In this document: one piece after another, positions 1 through 9,788 of the stretch
Numbering within the stretch: the stretch's first letter is position 1
How the letters are laid out: every line of letters starts with the position of its first letter
Source: a virus
Virus record (IMG/VR): IMGVR_UViG_3300031999_000005
Location: 1-64,000 of that record
Length of the DNA: 64,000 nt
Reading direction: 5' to 3' (one strand)
Notes under the pieces: model-generated
Told to the model about the DNA's origin: nothing
Seen by the model: the letters and a program-made list of their open reading frames with translations, nothing else
Database searches by the model: none
Made by a program: the position numbers and the translations under genes

Positions 1-9
1 GTCGTTTTC

Positions 10-705
10 GTGTGCCCACAAGCCGACTTGTTCCATGAAGCTGTACCAATTGAGACGATAGCGCAAATCTTCGACGTGATGTCTTGCGTCACCACCGACT
101 GCGGCAAGCGGCATGAGCATGAAGCCGAGTGTTACCAGGGCGATCCTCACCAATTCCTCATTTTGACGAAGCGGGCCGATCGGATGAGGCGGGTAATGGA
201 GTCGGAACTGGCGGACTACGCTGGCAACTATCTGCCTGGAGATTGCGCCCTGAACATCGGTTTCGAGGGGAAGTGGCCGCCGGATAACTGGTGGTTCGGC
301 GTCTCTGTCTGCGGGCCGGAGGATGACGAGAAAATATCGGTGGTCCTCAATGTTCCCGCCGCACATCGCTGGCTGTCGCTTGAACCCTTGCTCGGTCCCA
401 TAGATTTTACGGAATACGGCCCGGAGATTTGCTTCAATCGGTTGCGCGGATATGATGGAAGCGATCCGCCGATTCCTGGAATCGACGCGGTAGTGGCCGG
501 TTGCGAATCCAGCCCCGGCGCTCGGCCGACCGGACCCAATTGGTTCCGAGACATCCGCGATGCCTGCGCAGAAGCGAACGTGCCGTTCTATTTAAAACAA
601 ATGATGGTGGACGGGAAACTGGTCCACCTGCCGTACCTGGACGGGCGGCAGTACACCGAACTGCCGTGGAGGAAAGAACACAGACAGAAACTTGAAAGGA
701 GGTGA
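10..705 (+). CDS. DUF5131 (phage Gp37/Gp68-like) protein, 5' end probably outside window
   Basis: Family motifs HQFLILTKR, WWFGVSV, SLEPLLGPID, GCESxPGARP, WFRDIRDAC, VPFYLKQ. Confidence 0.85.
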   Translation: MCPQADLFHEAVPIETIAQIFDVMSCVTTDCGKRHEHEAECYQGDPHQFLILTKRADRMRRVMESELADYAGNYLPGDCALNIGFEGKWPPDNWWFGVSVCGPEDDEKISVVLNVPAAHRWLSLEPLLGPIDFTEYGPEICFNRLRGYDGSDPPIPGIDAVVAGCESSPGARPTGPNWFRDIRDACAEANVPFYLKQMMVDGKLVHLPYLDGRQYTELPWRKEHRQKLERR

Positions 706-971
706 GTATGGGTGGAAGAACGATCCAATCTCAGATGGTTGAGTGGTTCAACGAAACAACGGTGCCGGAGTTGAAATTGCTCTACCCGATTCTCCGGGAC
801 ATCTACAAGCGGCGGACAGCGGAGGAAGACCGTGCCGGTGCTATCCCGGCCAAGAAAGCAGCCCCGAAGAAACGGCACCGGAGAACCAACGCCGAAATCG
901 AAGCGGCGAAGAAGGCAACGGGGACAGCGGGGACAGCGGGGACAGCGGGCTCCGCAGCCTTTGATGGATAA
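702..971 (+). CDS. Small basic hypothetical protein
   Basis: Strong SD (aaaggaggtg) at the upstream stop; 9-nt tandem repeat GGGACAGCG x3 near the end. Confidence 0.55.
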   Translation: MSMGGRTIQSQMVEWFNETTVPELKLLYPILRDIYKRRTAEEDRAGAIPAKKAAPKKRHRRTNAEIEAAKKATGTAGTAGTAGSAAFDG

Positions 972-993
972 TGCCCGCAAAGGAGAGAGGAGC

Positions 994-1560
994 ATGAAGA
1001 TTTTTACCGAACGAAAAACACAATTCCGGTACGAACTACCGGTTCTCAGGCCCTTCAACTCGCGGCGGGATCGCCGGCCGATAAACCTGAACTTCAGCGT
1101 GGCAGTTCCCGAGTTATCGGGGATTGCTGCCCTGGGCAAGCGGTTCCAAACCGCGTGGGCGGCGGTCGAGGCCGGCGTAAGCTCCTGCAACCTGAAGGGT
1201 GAGGCCATCATGGGGCAGAACGTGCGGTTCTTCTCGTTCATCGACCAGAAGAACCCAACACAGTTCCTGCACAATGTTGACCTCAAGGGGTTCTCATTGG
1301 TGCGGGACAAAACGGGTGCCCCGGTTCTGCACTTCTCCATCCGGGCCAAGGTGGACAAGGACAGCGCAACATGGTTCCTCACCCAATACGGCACGGATGT
1401 CTATATGGAGATCGAGGACGTTCAGCCGTCACTCCTGGCCGAGGAAGCGGCCATCGAGGAAGCGGCTGAAGTGAAGGCCAAGGAGAAGAAGGCCCCGGCC
1501 AAACCCAAGGCACCCCCGAAGGTCCCGAAAAAGAAAGCGGCCAAACCTGAAAAGAAGTAA
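994..1560 (+). CDS. Hypothetical protein with Lys/Ala/Pro-rich tail
   Basis: ATG 994 after gagaggag SD; globular-looking body followed by a KAPAKPK tail. Confidence 0.65.
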   Translation: MKIFTERKTQFRYELPVLRPFNSRRDRRPINLNFSVAVPELSGIAALGKRFQTAWAAVEAGVSSCNLKGEAIMGQNVRFFSFIDQKNPTQFLHNVDLKGFSLVRDKTGAPVLHFSIRAKVDKDSATWFLTQYGTDVYMEIEDVQPSLLAEEAAIEEAAEVKAKEKKAPAKPKAPPKVPKKKAAKPEKK

Positions 1561-1628
1561 CGTGGCGGCGGGTTGCAGGCGCCCGCCTTCCACATCCAAA
1601 TTTGGACCCTTAGCGAAAGGAGCCATCC

Positions 1629-2162
1629 GTGCCCATGTACCAACCACTGACTGGTAATTTTTCTGCGCTCCGTCCTTTTGGCGTTTCATGGGTAACTCTG
1701 CGCGGTGGGATAATCCCTGGTGTCAGAACGCCAGTGAAGGCCGTTACCGTTTGCGCCATCTATGGGGATGGTGAGCGTCCCCTAGCCATGGGCTTTGCCT
1801 ATTGCTCGGCAAGTGACAAATTCGACCAAGCAGAAGCTGAGGATCGTTCGTTTAAACAAGCAGTCTCCGGGCCGCACGGTGATCCCGCTGTTCTTCGGCG
1901 CATCGGCAGAGTGTTCACCAAGGCAGAACGACACGCCCTGCGGGAGGCGGTGTGGAAGTTGCGGAATCCACAGGGCTGGAAAAAGGATGCGGTCGATGTC
2001 AGCACTGCGGATAGGGACCATCCGGCTTCATCTCCCGGCCCGGTTGAAACCTTGGTTCTCCAACGGATGAAAGATGCGGGGGCTTATCCCAATCGTTATG
2101 ACCATCCCACACCCAAAGAAACGGAGAAGTTGAATGTCAGAGAAGAAGACCAAGGTTTCTGA
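1629..2162 (+). CDS. Hypothetical protein
   Basis: SD aaaggag upstream; operon-contiguous. Confidence 0.6.
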   Translation: MPMYQPLTGNFSALRPFGVSWVTLRGGIIPGVRTPVKAVTVCAIYGDGERPLAMGFAYCSASDKFDQAEAEDRSFKQAVSGPHGDPAVLRRIGRVFTKAERHALREAVWKLRNPQGWKKDAVDVSTADRDHPASSPGPVETLVLQRMKDAGAYPNRYDHPTPKETEKLNVREEDQGF

Positions 2163-3192
2163 ACCGGCGAACCTGGAATGCCTGCATTGCCACCGGACGG
2201 ACTTCAAAGATTCGGCCGGCCTGAAGCGCCACATCACCCGTGCACACACGCATCTCAATGTGGAATTGCCAACTCCGGTCGATGACCTACAGAAAAAGCC
2301 GATCATCTACACCTCGTATTCCGGCTTTGAGGTGCGGGATTTCAGCTATTCGATGGCGAACGACATTGCAGAATGCGGCTGGCGCGCACGGGCAAAGCGC
2401 ATCTACGGGTGGACATCTATAAAGGATAAGGCCGCACTGCACTTCGGGGATTGCATTGAAGAGGCTCTCATGTGGCACTTCGATGATGAGCGGCGCATGG
2501 AGATGCCCGCAGCGTTCGAGTTTCTCTGGAAAGAATACAAGGATGCCGACCTGATCTATACAGAGAAGGACGGCAACTGGCAGGAAATGATGGACATGGG
2601 TATGCGGCTCTCCGACCAGTTTGTGTCGGATTTCAAGAGCGGCGAATTCACCCGCGATACTGTGGGATTCGTGAATCCGCGATTCGGGATGGAATTTCCC
2701 AAGCCGAGCGAACCTCACGAGTGGTACAACGGAACGACGCTGCGTTACAAGGCCGACGCTGTGTGTTGCCCAAGCGAACTTGCCGGGTTCGTGCGAACCC
2801 TGGTTGACGTGAAGACCTCGGCATCATCCTACCCAGAGAAAGAAAAGAATGCAGGAATCATCGCGCTGGACCGGCAGCTTCGCGTGGGTGCTCTTGCGAG
2901 TGGTCTCCGCAATGTGGGGTTCCTGGTCTTCGTGAAGAGCAAGAAACCGAAGGTCCAATGGCTGACAGGATTCATAACGGATGAACTGTTGCGGGACATT
3001 GACCTGTGGCTGCGTGAACAGTACCACAAGTGGTTGAACCGCCGATTCCACCGTTCACCCGGCATCCGGTTTCCGCAGGAACAGTGCATGGCCTGTGAAT
3101 TTTTCCCGTTGTGCATCGGCCGACCAGACTTGGCGGGGGGTCTGCGGCAGAAGGAATCGAAGAAGACGGGTTCGCTGAACGTGCTGGATTGA
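2134..3192 (+). CDS. PD-(D/E)XK Cas4/RecB-like exonuclease with N-terminal C2H2 zinc finger
   Basis: CxxC...HxxxxH finger, HFGDCIEEAL, KADAV...DVKTS, QL motif, C-terminal CxxCEFxxxC cluster. Confidence 0.8.
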   Translation: MSEKKTKVSEPANLECLHCHRTDFKDSAGLKRHITRAHTHLNVELPTPVDDLQKKPIIYTSYSGFEVRDFSYSMANDIAECGWRARAKRIYGWTSIKDKAALHFGDCIEEALMWHFDDERRMEMPAAFEFLWKEYKDADLIYTEKDGNWQEMMDMGMRLSDQFVSDFKSGEFTRDTVGFVNPRFGMEFPKPSEPHEWYNGTTLRYKADAVCCPSELAGFVRTLVDVKTSASSYPEKEKNAGIIALDRQLRVGALASGLRNVGFLVFVKSKKPKVQWLTGFITDELLRDIDLWLREQYHKWLNRRFHRSPGIRFPQEQCMACEFFPLCIGRPDLAGGLRQKESKKTGSLNVLD

Positions 3193-3205
3193 AAGGAGTA
3201 GTGAA

Positions 3206-3559
3206 ATGAGCTTATTCAAAATCGGCCCCGTTGTTAACGAAGTCCCACCCTGTTTCGCTCAGGCTAGTTCTGGGTTTGGTCCCATTCTGAAGCGACTCCG
3301 TGCCCTATACAAAGGGCAATGGCTGACCATCGAGTTCAAGGATTCCAAAACGGCAGAAAAAGCATGCGATTTCCTAGTCGGGGAACTCGCTCTTGAACAG
3401 GCGAAGTTAATGAATGATTCCATGGCTGACTTTAATGCCTGCGCAGAGACAATCTCTGGAGATTTCAAGATGAACTATGGGCGGGATCAAGATGGCGAAT
3501 TGACTACTCTATATGCTCAGGGAATCAAGCGGGGGACACCACCCAAAGCGGACCTGTAG
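3206..3559 (+). CDS. Hypothetical protein
   Basis: SD aaaggag, ATG start. Confidence 0.6.
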   Translation: MSLFKIGPVVNEVPPCFAQASSGFGPILKRLRALYKGQWLTIEFKDSKTAEKACDFLVGELALEQAKLMNDSMADFNACAETISGDFKMNYGRDQDGELTTLYAQGIKRGTPPKADL

Positions 3560-3660
3560 GCGTCGGCCGGACACTCATTGGATGTTACGTGAAGGGCGCC
3601 TTGCAACTTTACCGCCTTCGCATCCAGGAACCAAAGATTGAGCACGATACGAGGTGAACG

Positions 3661-3903
3661 ATGTGGGACGCTAACCAGTGGCAGGAATTCTTCAACGGCC
3701 ACGGCAGCAATTTCGACAATCTGGCCGCGGCGCTGACCAAGGGTGAGATCGCCGATTCGGATGCCATCGTGGAATCCCTTGTCAGGCTTCAGGCCGGTAC
3801 CGTACTTCGGGTGGCCATGGAGAATACCTATACGATGGTCCGGCTGATGGGGAGAATGATCGGGGAGAAAACGGTGTTCCCGATTGGAGGGAAGCCGTCG
3901 TGA
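3661..3903 (+). CDS. Hypothetical protein
   Basis: SD gaggtg; ends in GGKPS like the next gene. Confidence 0.6.
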   Translation: MWDANQWQEFFNGHGSNFDNLAAALTKGEIADSDAIVESLVRLQAGTVLRVAMENTYTMVRLMGRMIGEKTVFPIGGKPS

Positions 3904-3912
3904 GAAAGGAGC

Positions 3913-4155
3913 GTGAGAACAATGAGAAAAACTAGAGCCTTTTTATCAATGGTCTGGTGGATGTGGGGTTACCATTTCCGTTCTAAGTACGGCAGTGCAG
4001 TACGCTCTGCGTGGTTTTCGGCCTTTGGGCAGAAGGCCATTGAAAATCCGAAGTTGTCCCCTCCACGATGGCTATACCGTTTGGTGACAGCGAAGCGCCA
4101 TCGCCCGTTTGCGACGTTTTCTTTGGATATCGGATTTGGAGGGAAACCGTCGTGA
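3913..4155 (+). CDS. Hypothetical protein
   Basis: SD aaaggag; ends in GGKPS. Confidence 0.5.
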   Translation: MRTMRKTRAFLSMVWWMWGYHFRSKYGSAVRSAWFSAFGQKAIENPKLSPPRWLYRLVTAKRHRPFATFSLDIGFGGKPS

Positions 4156-4165
4156 GGGATTTGTG

Positions 4166-4195
4166 TTGACATTTACACCGCTGGTGTAAAATACT
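4166..4195 (+). promoter_or_regulatory. Sigma70-like promoter with overlapping operator (TTTACACC-gct-GGTGTAAA)
   Basis: TTGACA 4166-4171; 8-bp inverted repeat 4172-4179/4183-4190; TAAAAT or AATACT as -10 candidates. Confidence 0.65.
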
Positions 4196-4220
4196 TGCGG
4201 TGCCATGAAACGAGGAAGCG

Positions 4221-4367
4221 ATGCGGGCAAGGAAAAAGACAATAACCCAACTGCACTGCCTGCGCTGCGGGGGCTGGTGGACACCCGAAACAGCCAACCC
4301 AAAACGCTGTGGCCGCTGTAAATCATGGTGTTGGAACAAGCCGAGGAAACCAAAGAAAGGGAAGTGA
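4221..4367 (+). CDS. 48-aa zinc-ribbon protein (not in ORF track)
   Basis: MRARKKTITQLHCLRCGGWWTPETANPKRCGRCKSWCWNKPRKPKKGK; two CxxC pairs; SD gagga; stop 1 nt before the initiator ATG. Confidence 0.7.
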   Translation: MRARKKTITQLHCLRCGGWWTPETANPKRCGRCKSWCWNKPRKPKKGK

Positions 4368-4368
4368 C

Positions 4369-5400
4369 ATGCCCCGGATGCGCACCATCAAACCAGAGTT
4401 TTACACGGATGAGAAAATCTGCCGGCTCTCCCATTCCGAGAGGCTACTATTCATCGGAATGTGGAATGCGGCCGACGATAACGGTGTTGGGCAAGCTGAC
4501 CCAACCCTTTTACGGGTAGCTATTTTCCCAAAAGACAAGCCAGTAAATGCGATCCTGCCAGAAGAAAACGTCGAAATTCTGCAAGAACCCGTTACAAAAG
4601 TGGAAAAAGGCGTTACAAAAGTGGAAAAAGGCGTTACTCGATCGGAAAAAGGCGTGAAAAAAGCGCCTGATCCACAGTGCAATCATGCCCCATGTGTCAC
4701 AGATGAAATAGTGGCAACTTGGGTGACATTCCTAGCAAAACTTCGGCTTATCCGCCTTTTTCAGTCCAAGGGAGAGATTTTGTACTACGTCACTAACTGG
4801 AAGAAACATCAGAGGATAGATCACCCTGGAAGGTCCCGATTCGTGGTTCCTGAGAAGTTTCTTCGGACGAGAGAATCTATCGAGGGCGAACGAGAGGGCG
4901 AACGAGAGGGCGAACGAGAGGGCGAACGAGAGCCATTCGCGCCTGATTTAAAGAGGATTAGAAGGGAAGGGATTAGAGGGGATTGTAAGGGGAGAACCGC
5001 CGGGGACACCAGCCCGGCAGAAGAAAATCTTTCTCAAGGCACCGCCACTACAGACCTCGACCTCGGCAGGGATGTGATCGCCTGGATGGAAGCAGTGGCG
5101 AACGGGCAGCGGTTTAGGAAGCACTGGCCGCATAAGGGCAAGGCCAGCCGGGGACCGACCGACAACATGAGGGATGCCCTCCGGGAGAAGGAGCGCACCA
5201 TCGGGGCCGAGAACTTCCGGCAGGCGTGGGTGGACTTCCTGCTCGGGGATGAATGCACCGCCCGGTGGCCGTACCGGAAGTTTATGGACACGGCGCTTGA
5301 TCGCCGGATGGAGGAATTGGTGGACGCCCAGGTGCAGGAAAGGCATGCTGCGGAGGTGGCTCAGGAGGCCGAGGAACGGAACTTGGGGTTGCCAGGGTGA
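4369..5400 (+). CDS. Phage replication initiator / replisome organiser
   Basis: N-terminal MPRMRTIKPEF...LLFIGMWNAADDNG and NWKKHQRI motifs, internal repeats, position upstream of primase-helicase. Confidence 0.8.
   Translation: MPRMRTIKPEFYTDEKICRLSHSERLLFIGMWNAADDNGVGQADPTLLRVAIFPKDKPVNAILPEENVEILQEPVTKVEKGVTKVEKGVTRSEKGVKKAPDPQCNHAPCVTDEIVATWVTFLAKLRLIRLFQSKGEILYYVTNWKKHQRIDHPGRSRFVVPEKFLRTRESIEGEREGEREGEREGEREPFAPDLKRIRREGIRGDCKGRTAGDTSPAEENLSQGTATTDLDLGRDVIAWMEAVANGQRFRKHWPHKGKASRGPTDNMRDALREKERTIGAENFRQAWVDFLLGDECTARWPYRKFMDTALDRRMEELVDAQVQERHAAEVAQEAEERNLGLPG
4590..4652 (+). repeat. 21-bp tandem repeat x3 (iteron candidate)
   Basis: CGTTACAAAAGTGGAAAAAGG twice exactly, third copy degenerate. 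Confidence 0.85.
4882..4929 (+). repeat. 12-bp tandem repeat x4
   Basis: GAGGGCGAACGA x4, encoding EGER repeats. Confidence 0.9.
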
Positions 5401-5566
5401 AAAAGCGGGGTGGGGTAGGTGCGTAGACCTATTAACGGCGAACCCTGACACTACCAAGGCTGGTCCAAAAGCCTTCTAGGCAAGGAAAGGGACGTTCAGG
5501 GATTGGCAGGGGCTTTAAAACGCCTCCTGCGGCAATGTCCAAATTTGGACGCAGAAAGGAAAAAAG

Positions 5567-5794
5567 ATGGAATTGAAAGAAATTCAAGCGCTCGTTTCAT
5601 CGTGCTTGGAGATTGACCCAACCAAGCGGCACGTACTGGTGGTTGACAGTAGCTATATAACCGAGGCAGCAACCTGCACCCTCATGAGAGTTTGGAAGGA
5701 TCTGACTGGGTACGGGCCGATAATTCTGGCCACAAAAGGCGGCGAGGGCCTTCGCATTTTCGAGATCAAAAAGGAGGACAACCATGAAGGCTGA
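5567..5794 (+). CDS. Hypothetical protein
   Basis: SD gaaagga; lies directly after a palindrome copy. Confidence 0.6.
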   Translation: MELKEIQALVSSCLEIDPTKRHVLVVDSSYITEAATCTLMRVWKDLTGYGPIILATKGGEGLRIFEIKKEDNHEG

Positions 5795-6005
5795 AGAGAT
5801 TCGCAAACTGTTCGAGACGAAATCAATGACAGACGCCGCAGAGCAAGAGCCGAAGATCGTCGCGGTTATGCAACTCGTGGCCCTTGGAGAGATCGCGGCA
5901 CAGCTTGCCGAGTTGAACGATTACCTGAAAAACAGCAGGTTGGGTAAGGAGTTTTGACACGTCAGGATTTCGGTCGCACTGTAAGTGAAAGGTGTGTCTC
6001 CAAGG

Positions 6006-8036
6006 ATGATCGAGAAATCCGAAGTCGAGCGAATCAAATCCCAAGTAGACTTGGCGCACATCATCGGCCCGTACATTGATGGCGGCCTGCGGAGAATGGG
6101 CGCTGACCTGAAGGGGCTGTGCCCGTTCCATGAGGAAAAGACGGCATCGTTCATCGTTCATCCCGAATACTGGAAGTGCCACGGCTGCGGTGAGGGAGGT
6201 GATGTTTTCAAGTTCTTCCAGAAACTTGAAACCTTGCCGTTTCCCCAAGCCGTAAAGCGCGTGGCAGAATTGGCGGGCCTCACGGTGAATGAATCCAGAT
6301 CATACCGACTAGCGCCAGCCAATCGAAGGACGGAACCTCCACCGCAGACGCCCGATGATCCAGAATTGGAAGCGCGGGTTGACCGCAGTTTCCAGAAATT
6401 CGGCGGGAAGCGTGAGATGACGCTGGAGCAGTGGCGACCCTACGCGGAGGCCCTGATGGATTCCGGCGCGGAAGTGATAGGCCAGTTCCCGGCACTCCGC
6501 GGCATAACCGGCACGACGGTGGAGAAATTCAAGCTCGGCTATGCAGCGACGGGGGAGAAGATCGTGGGTAGCAATCCTGAATACGCAGAGTACCGCGACA
6601 AGCCCTGGATCGGATTCCCGTACATCTACGGTGACCGGGTGCGGATGGTGAAATGGCGGACGCTGTTCTCAGTCGGGAAGAAGTTCGCTCGGCCAGCAAG
6701 CATGGCGGAGTGCCTCTACATCGACGGAGAACCGGACCCATTTGACGACGTGGTACTCCAAGAGGGTGAATTAGATGCCTTGACTTTATGGCAAGTCGGA
6801 ATCCGGGCGGCATCGCTACCTTCCGGAAGCAATTCACGAATCACAAAAGAGATGCGCGACTGGCTGTTGGGTTTCCGGCGAATCCTGATTGGGATGGACA
6901 ACGATGAAGCTGGCCAACTGGCGCTACGCAAGATTCTGATGGACCTCCCGGTTGACCGCACGGCGATCCTGACGCTGCCTGATGGCTGGAAAGACGCAAA
7001 CGAAATGCTGGTGAAGGGTTGCGGTCGGGACAAGGATAAATTCCGCGAGGAAGTCCAAAAGGCATTGGCAGCAGCGGCGCGGCCGACCTCGGTGGCATTC
7101 TCTTCGCTGGATCAAGCATTCGATGCCTACCTGCGGAAGTTGATGAAGGCGGACGGGAAGGAAGAGGTGTTCTTCCAGTTCCCCTGGAGATCGGTGGACC
7201 GAATGATTCGGGTGATTCCAGGGGAGGTGATTGCGCTCAGTTCAACAACTTCCGGCCAGGGGAAGACGACCTTCGCGGTTCAGTGTGCCTTACATAACGC
7301 TCGGCACCTGCGCAAGCATGTGGGCTACTATACCGCAGAGATGGATGCGGTTGAGGAACTTGTCCCGATGGTTACCGCACAACTTGTAAAGCAGAACCGT
7401 CTGGACCTGGACGTAGGCCACGTAGAAGAAGCCAAGATGAGATGTGAAGGTGCCGAGTTTTACTTCGGCTATGACCGGGAAGCGGAAAACTGGACAGAGA
7501 CGCAGCGAGTCTTGGACTTGGCGGTGCGCCGGTTGGGCCTCGACATCCTGATTATTGACCACTTGGATTACATCATCCGCGTTCAGGATTTTCGTGAAGA
7601 GATTCAGCAGAAGGCGATGGCAATGAAGTGGCTGACAGAGAATCTTGCAAAAAAATACGGGATCGTTGTGGTAGTGTTGCGGCAACCCACGAAAATTAAA
7701 TCAGACACACGGCGTAAGGATGAGCCAATGGCGGCCGAGAATATCCAAGGCGGTGTGGCCGGCATCACGGACGCACAGCATGTGATCCTAATTCACCGCA
7801 AGCGGGTGTCAACGAACGAAGAACAGGAAGACGGCGGCGACATTTACGAACGAGAGACGAGCGTAATCCGGGGGAAGACGCGGCACGCCGGACCAGGTGG
7901 TGCGGTGGTGAAGCTGATTCTTCTCGGGCAGTACGCCTGTTTTGAGCGGCTGGAGCGGGAGGACCAGAAGAAGGCCGAACCAAAGAAACCGAAGGCGAAA
8001 GCGGCCACAATGGGGAACCTGCCATATAAAGATTAA
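6006..8036 (+). CDS. Bifunctional DNA primase-helicase (CHC2 zinc finger, TOPRIM, DnaB-like)
   Basis: CPFHEEKTAS...WKCHGC, EGELDAL, MDNDEAG, KDANE, Walker A SGQGKT, Walker B IIDHL. Confidence 0.93.
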   Translation: MIEKSEVERIKSQVDLAHIIGPYIDGGLRRMGADLKGLCPFHEEKTASFIVHPEYWKCHGCGEGGDVFKFFQKLETLPFPQAVKRVAELAGLTVNESRSYRLAPANRRTEPPPQTPDDPELEARVDRSFQKFGGKREMTLEQWRPYAEALMDSGAEVIGQFPALRGITGTTVEKFKLGYAATGEKIVGSNPEYAEYRDKPWIGFPYIYGDRVRMVKWRTLFSVGKKFARPASMAECLYIDGEPDPFDDVVLQEGELDALTLWQVGIRAASLPSGSNSRITKEMRDWLLGFRRILIGMDNDEAGQLALRKILMDLPVDRTAILTLPDGWKDANEMLVKGCGRDKDKFREEVQKALAAAARPTSVAFSSLDQAFDAYLRKLMKADGKEEVFFQFPWRSVDRMIRVIPGEVIALSSTTSGQGKTTFAVQCALHNARHLRKHVGYYTAEMDAVEELVPMVTAQLVKQNRLDLDVGHVEEAKMRCEGAEFYFGYDREAENWTETQRVLDLAVRRLGLDILIIDHLDYIIRVQDFREEIQQKAMAMKWLTENLAKKYGIVVVVLRQPTKIKSDTRRKDEPMAAENIQGGVAGITDAQHVILIHRKRVSTNEEQEDGGDIYERETSVIRGKTRHAGPGGAVVKLILLGQYACFERLEREDQKKAEPKKPKAKAATMGNLPYKD

Positions 8037-8279
8037 AAACTTGGAGGCGTAGAATGCGCATCACCATCAGTGACGTTCCGAACGCAGAGTATTTTGCGCT
8101 GCTCAAGGAAATGAGTCATGCGCTGCATGAGGCTTTACAGAAACCCCGGCAACTGGATAATGAAAGGGGACTTCCGGGGATCAAAATGAGTCCCTTCCAA
8201 CTTGCCACCTCGATAGAGGAGGCAATCATCCCGATCTTGAAACGAAAGGGATGGCTTGTAACTAAAAAGGAGATCAACG

Positions 8280-9077
8280 ATGGCAACAGAAACGACGACC
8301 AAAAAGGAATCAGCAGCGAAGACCACCAAGGCGGTGGTCAAGAAACCAGTGACAGCAATAGCGAAGCCTCCGCTACCCAAGACGGCGGTGGTGAAGATCA
8401 GCAAGGACACAGCCCGCGAGATCATCAAGCGTGATCTGCGCTGGCTCCAACAGACGATTGGGGAAGGTGAACGTCGCTGGATGCGCCTTGCCAGCGCGGT
8501 GACCATGGTGAAGACCCAAGGATGGTGGCGCGGTTGGGAAGACGCGAAGGGCGAAGCGTTCAAAACGTTCGACGACTGGCTGGCCGTAGACTGTGCTGAT
8601 CTGGCTCGGTCAAAGGTTTACGCTTTGATTGGCGTGGTCGAGAACTTAGCTGGAGAAGTGTCCGAAAAGCGACTCGAAGAGATCGGGCGCTCTAGGGCCT
8701 ACGAACTTTCCCGGTTAGCGAAGGAGAAACCAAAGGCGCTGCCAGCGCTCCTGGAGCAACTGAAGAAAGACCCCGAGATGTCGGTCGCGCAGGTGAAGGG
8801 CGCCGTGGCCGCGGCGCTGGAAGGCCGGCACATGGACTCAGGCAAGTACCAGCAGTTCGAACTCTCGGTACCAATCGAAGACGTGCCCACCGTGAAGAAA
8901 TGCTTCGCGCTGATGCAGGCGCAACACGGCGGGAAGAACCCGGACGGGGCATCAGCGCTCGGCCGGCGCTTGGTGGACCTGTGCATGTACTACCTCAGCG
9001 CGCCAGCGCACAAGGACCTGCTAAAGCAAATGGAGGCTAAGGAAGAGGGCAAGGCGGCCTTCGCGGTGGAAGCGTGA
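8280..9077 (+). CDS. Hypothetical protein, possibly DNA-binding
   Basis: SD aaggag; FKTFDDW...RSKVYALI helical segment. Confidence 0.7.
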   Translation: MATETTTKKESAAKTTKAVVKKPVTAIAKPPLPKTAVVKISKDTAREIIKRDLRWLQQTIGEGERRWMRLASAVTMVKTQGWWRGWEDAKGEAFKTFDDWLAVDCADLARSKVYALIGVVENLAGEVSEKRLEEIGRSRAYELSRLAKEKPKALPALLEQLKKDPEMSVAQVKGAVAAALEGRHMDSGKYQQFELSVPIEDVPTVKKCFALMQAQHGGKNPDGASALGRRLVDLCMYYLSAPAHKDLLKQMEAKEEGKAAFAVEA

Positions 9078-9340
9078 CGGTGCTGGGGCAGGGTCTCTCC
9101 CGCTTCTGCTATCACTGTGGGGCATACTTGGGGGACAAATGCCAGAAGTGCGGAGAGACCCAGCACCGGTTCATCTTCGCCTACGATTACTGGACTGGCG
9201 TGGCGATGTACGTGCTGTGCCAGTGCGTGTGTGGGAACGTGTGGGAGCGGCTGAAGGGCGAGAAAACTAGCGGGGCTTGCCAACCGTGCTTTAAGCGATT
9301 TCTAGAAGAGAATCGGCCGAGAGAGGCGGTAGCGGTATGA
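9074..9340 (+). CDS. Cys-rich zinc-finger protein
   Basis: Multiple CxxC pairs; GTGA overlap with upstream stop. Confidence 0.55.
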   Translation: MTVLGQGLSRFCYHCGAYLGDKCQKCGETQHRFIFAYDYWTGVAMYVLCQCVCGNVWERLKGEKTSGACQPCFKRFLEENRPREAVAV

Positions 9341-9548
9341 GTAAACGAGAGTGTCCAGGTTTTTTTCTTCAGTGGTTGCGAGAACAAACTCTTGTTGCTC
9401 GGACCAAAATGCGATTATTGCAAGAGCAAGACCCTTGTTCCGTTCCGGCTGAGTTTGAAACCCTCATAAACCAGTTGGACGACTTTTGGGATCAAGTCAG
9501 GGATTGTGATGTGAGGATAACCGCCACGCCCAAGAAAGTGAAACGTTC

Positions 9549-9788
9549 GTGCCCTGCGTGATTCTCGGTCCAGCGGAGTACCGTAAGCTGCGCTGGCAGA
9601 AATACGTGGAGCAAGGCGGGCGCTGCGCCCACTGCGGGAATGGCATGAGTTTCACCGAGATGGGGCTGCACCACAAGATTGCGAGATCGGCTGGCGGAGG
9701 TTTTCGGATGGACACGAAAGAGAACACAGAGGGTTTGTGTAAGGAGTGTCATGGGAAGGCGAAAAACAGGTCCAAATTTGGACGTTGA
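9549..9788 (+). CDS. Small HNH endonuclease
   Basis: QGGRCAHCG...LHHKIARSAGG...N...LCKECH. Confidence 0.75.
   Translation: MPCVILGPAEYRKLRWQKYVEQGGRCAHCGNGMSFTEMGLHHKIARSAGGGFRMDTKENTEGLCKECHGKAKNRSKFGR

Noticed and set aside
2134-3192. Cas4-like gene as part of a CRISPR system
   Set aside because: No other cas genes or repeat-spacer array seen; context is replication and recombination.
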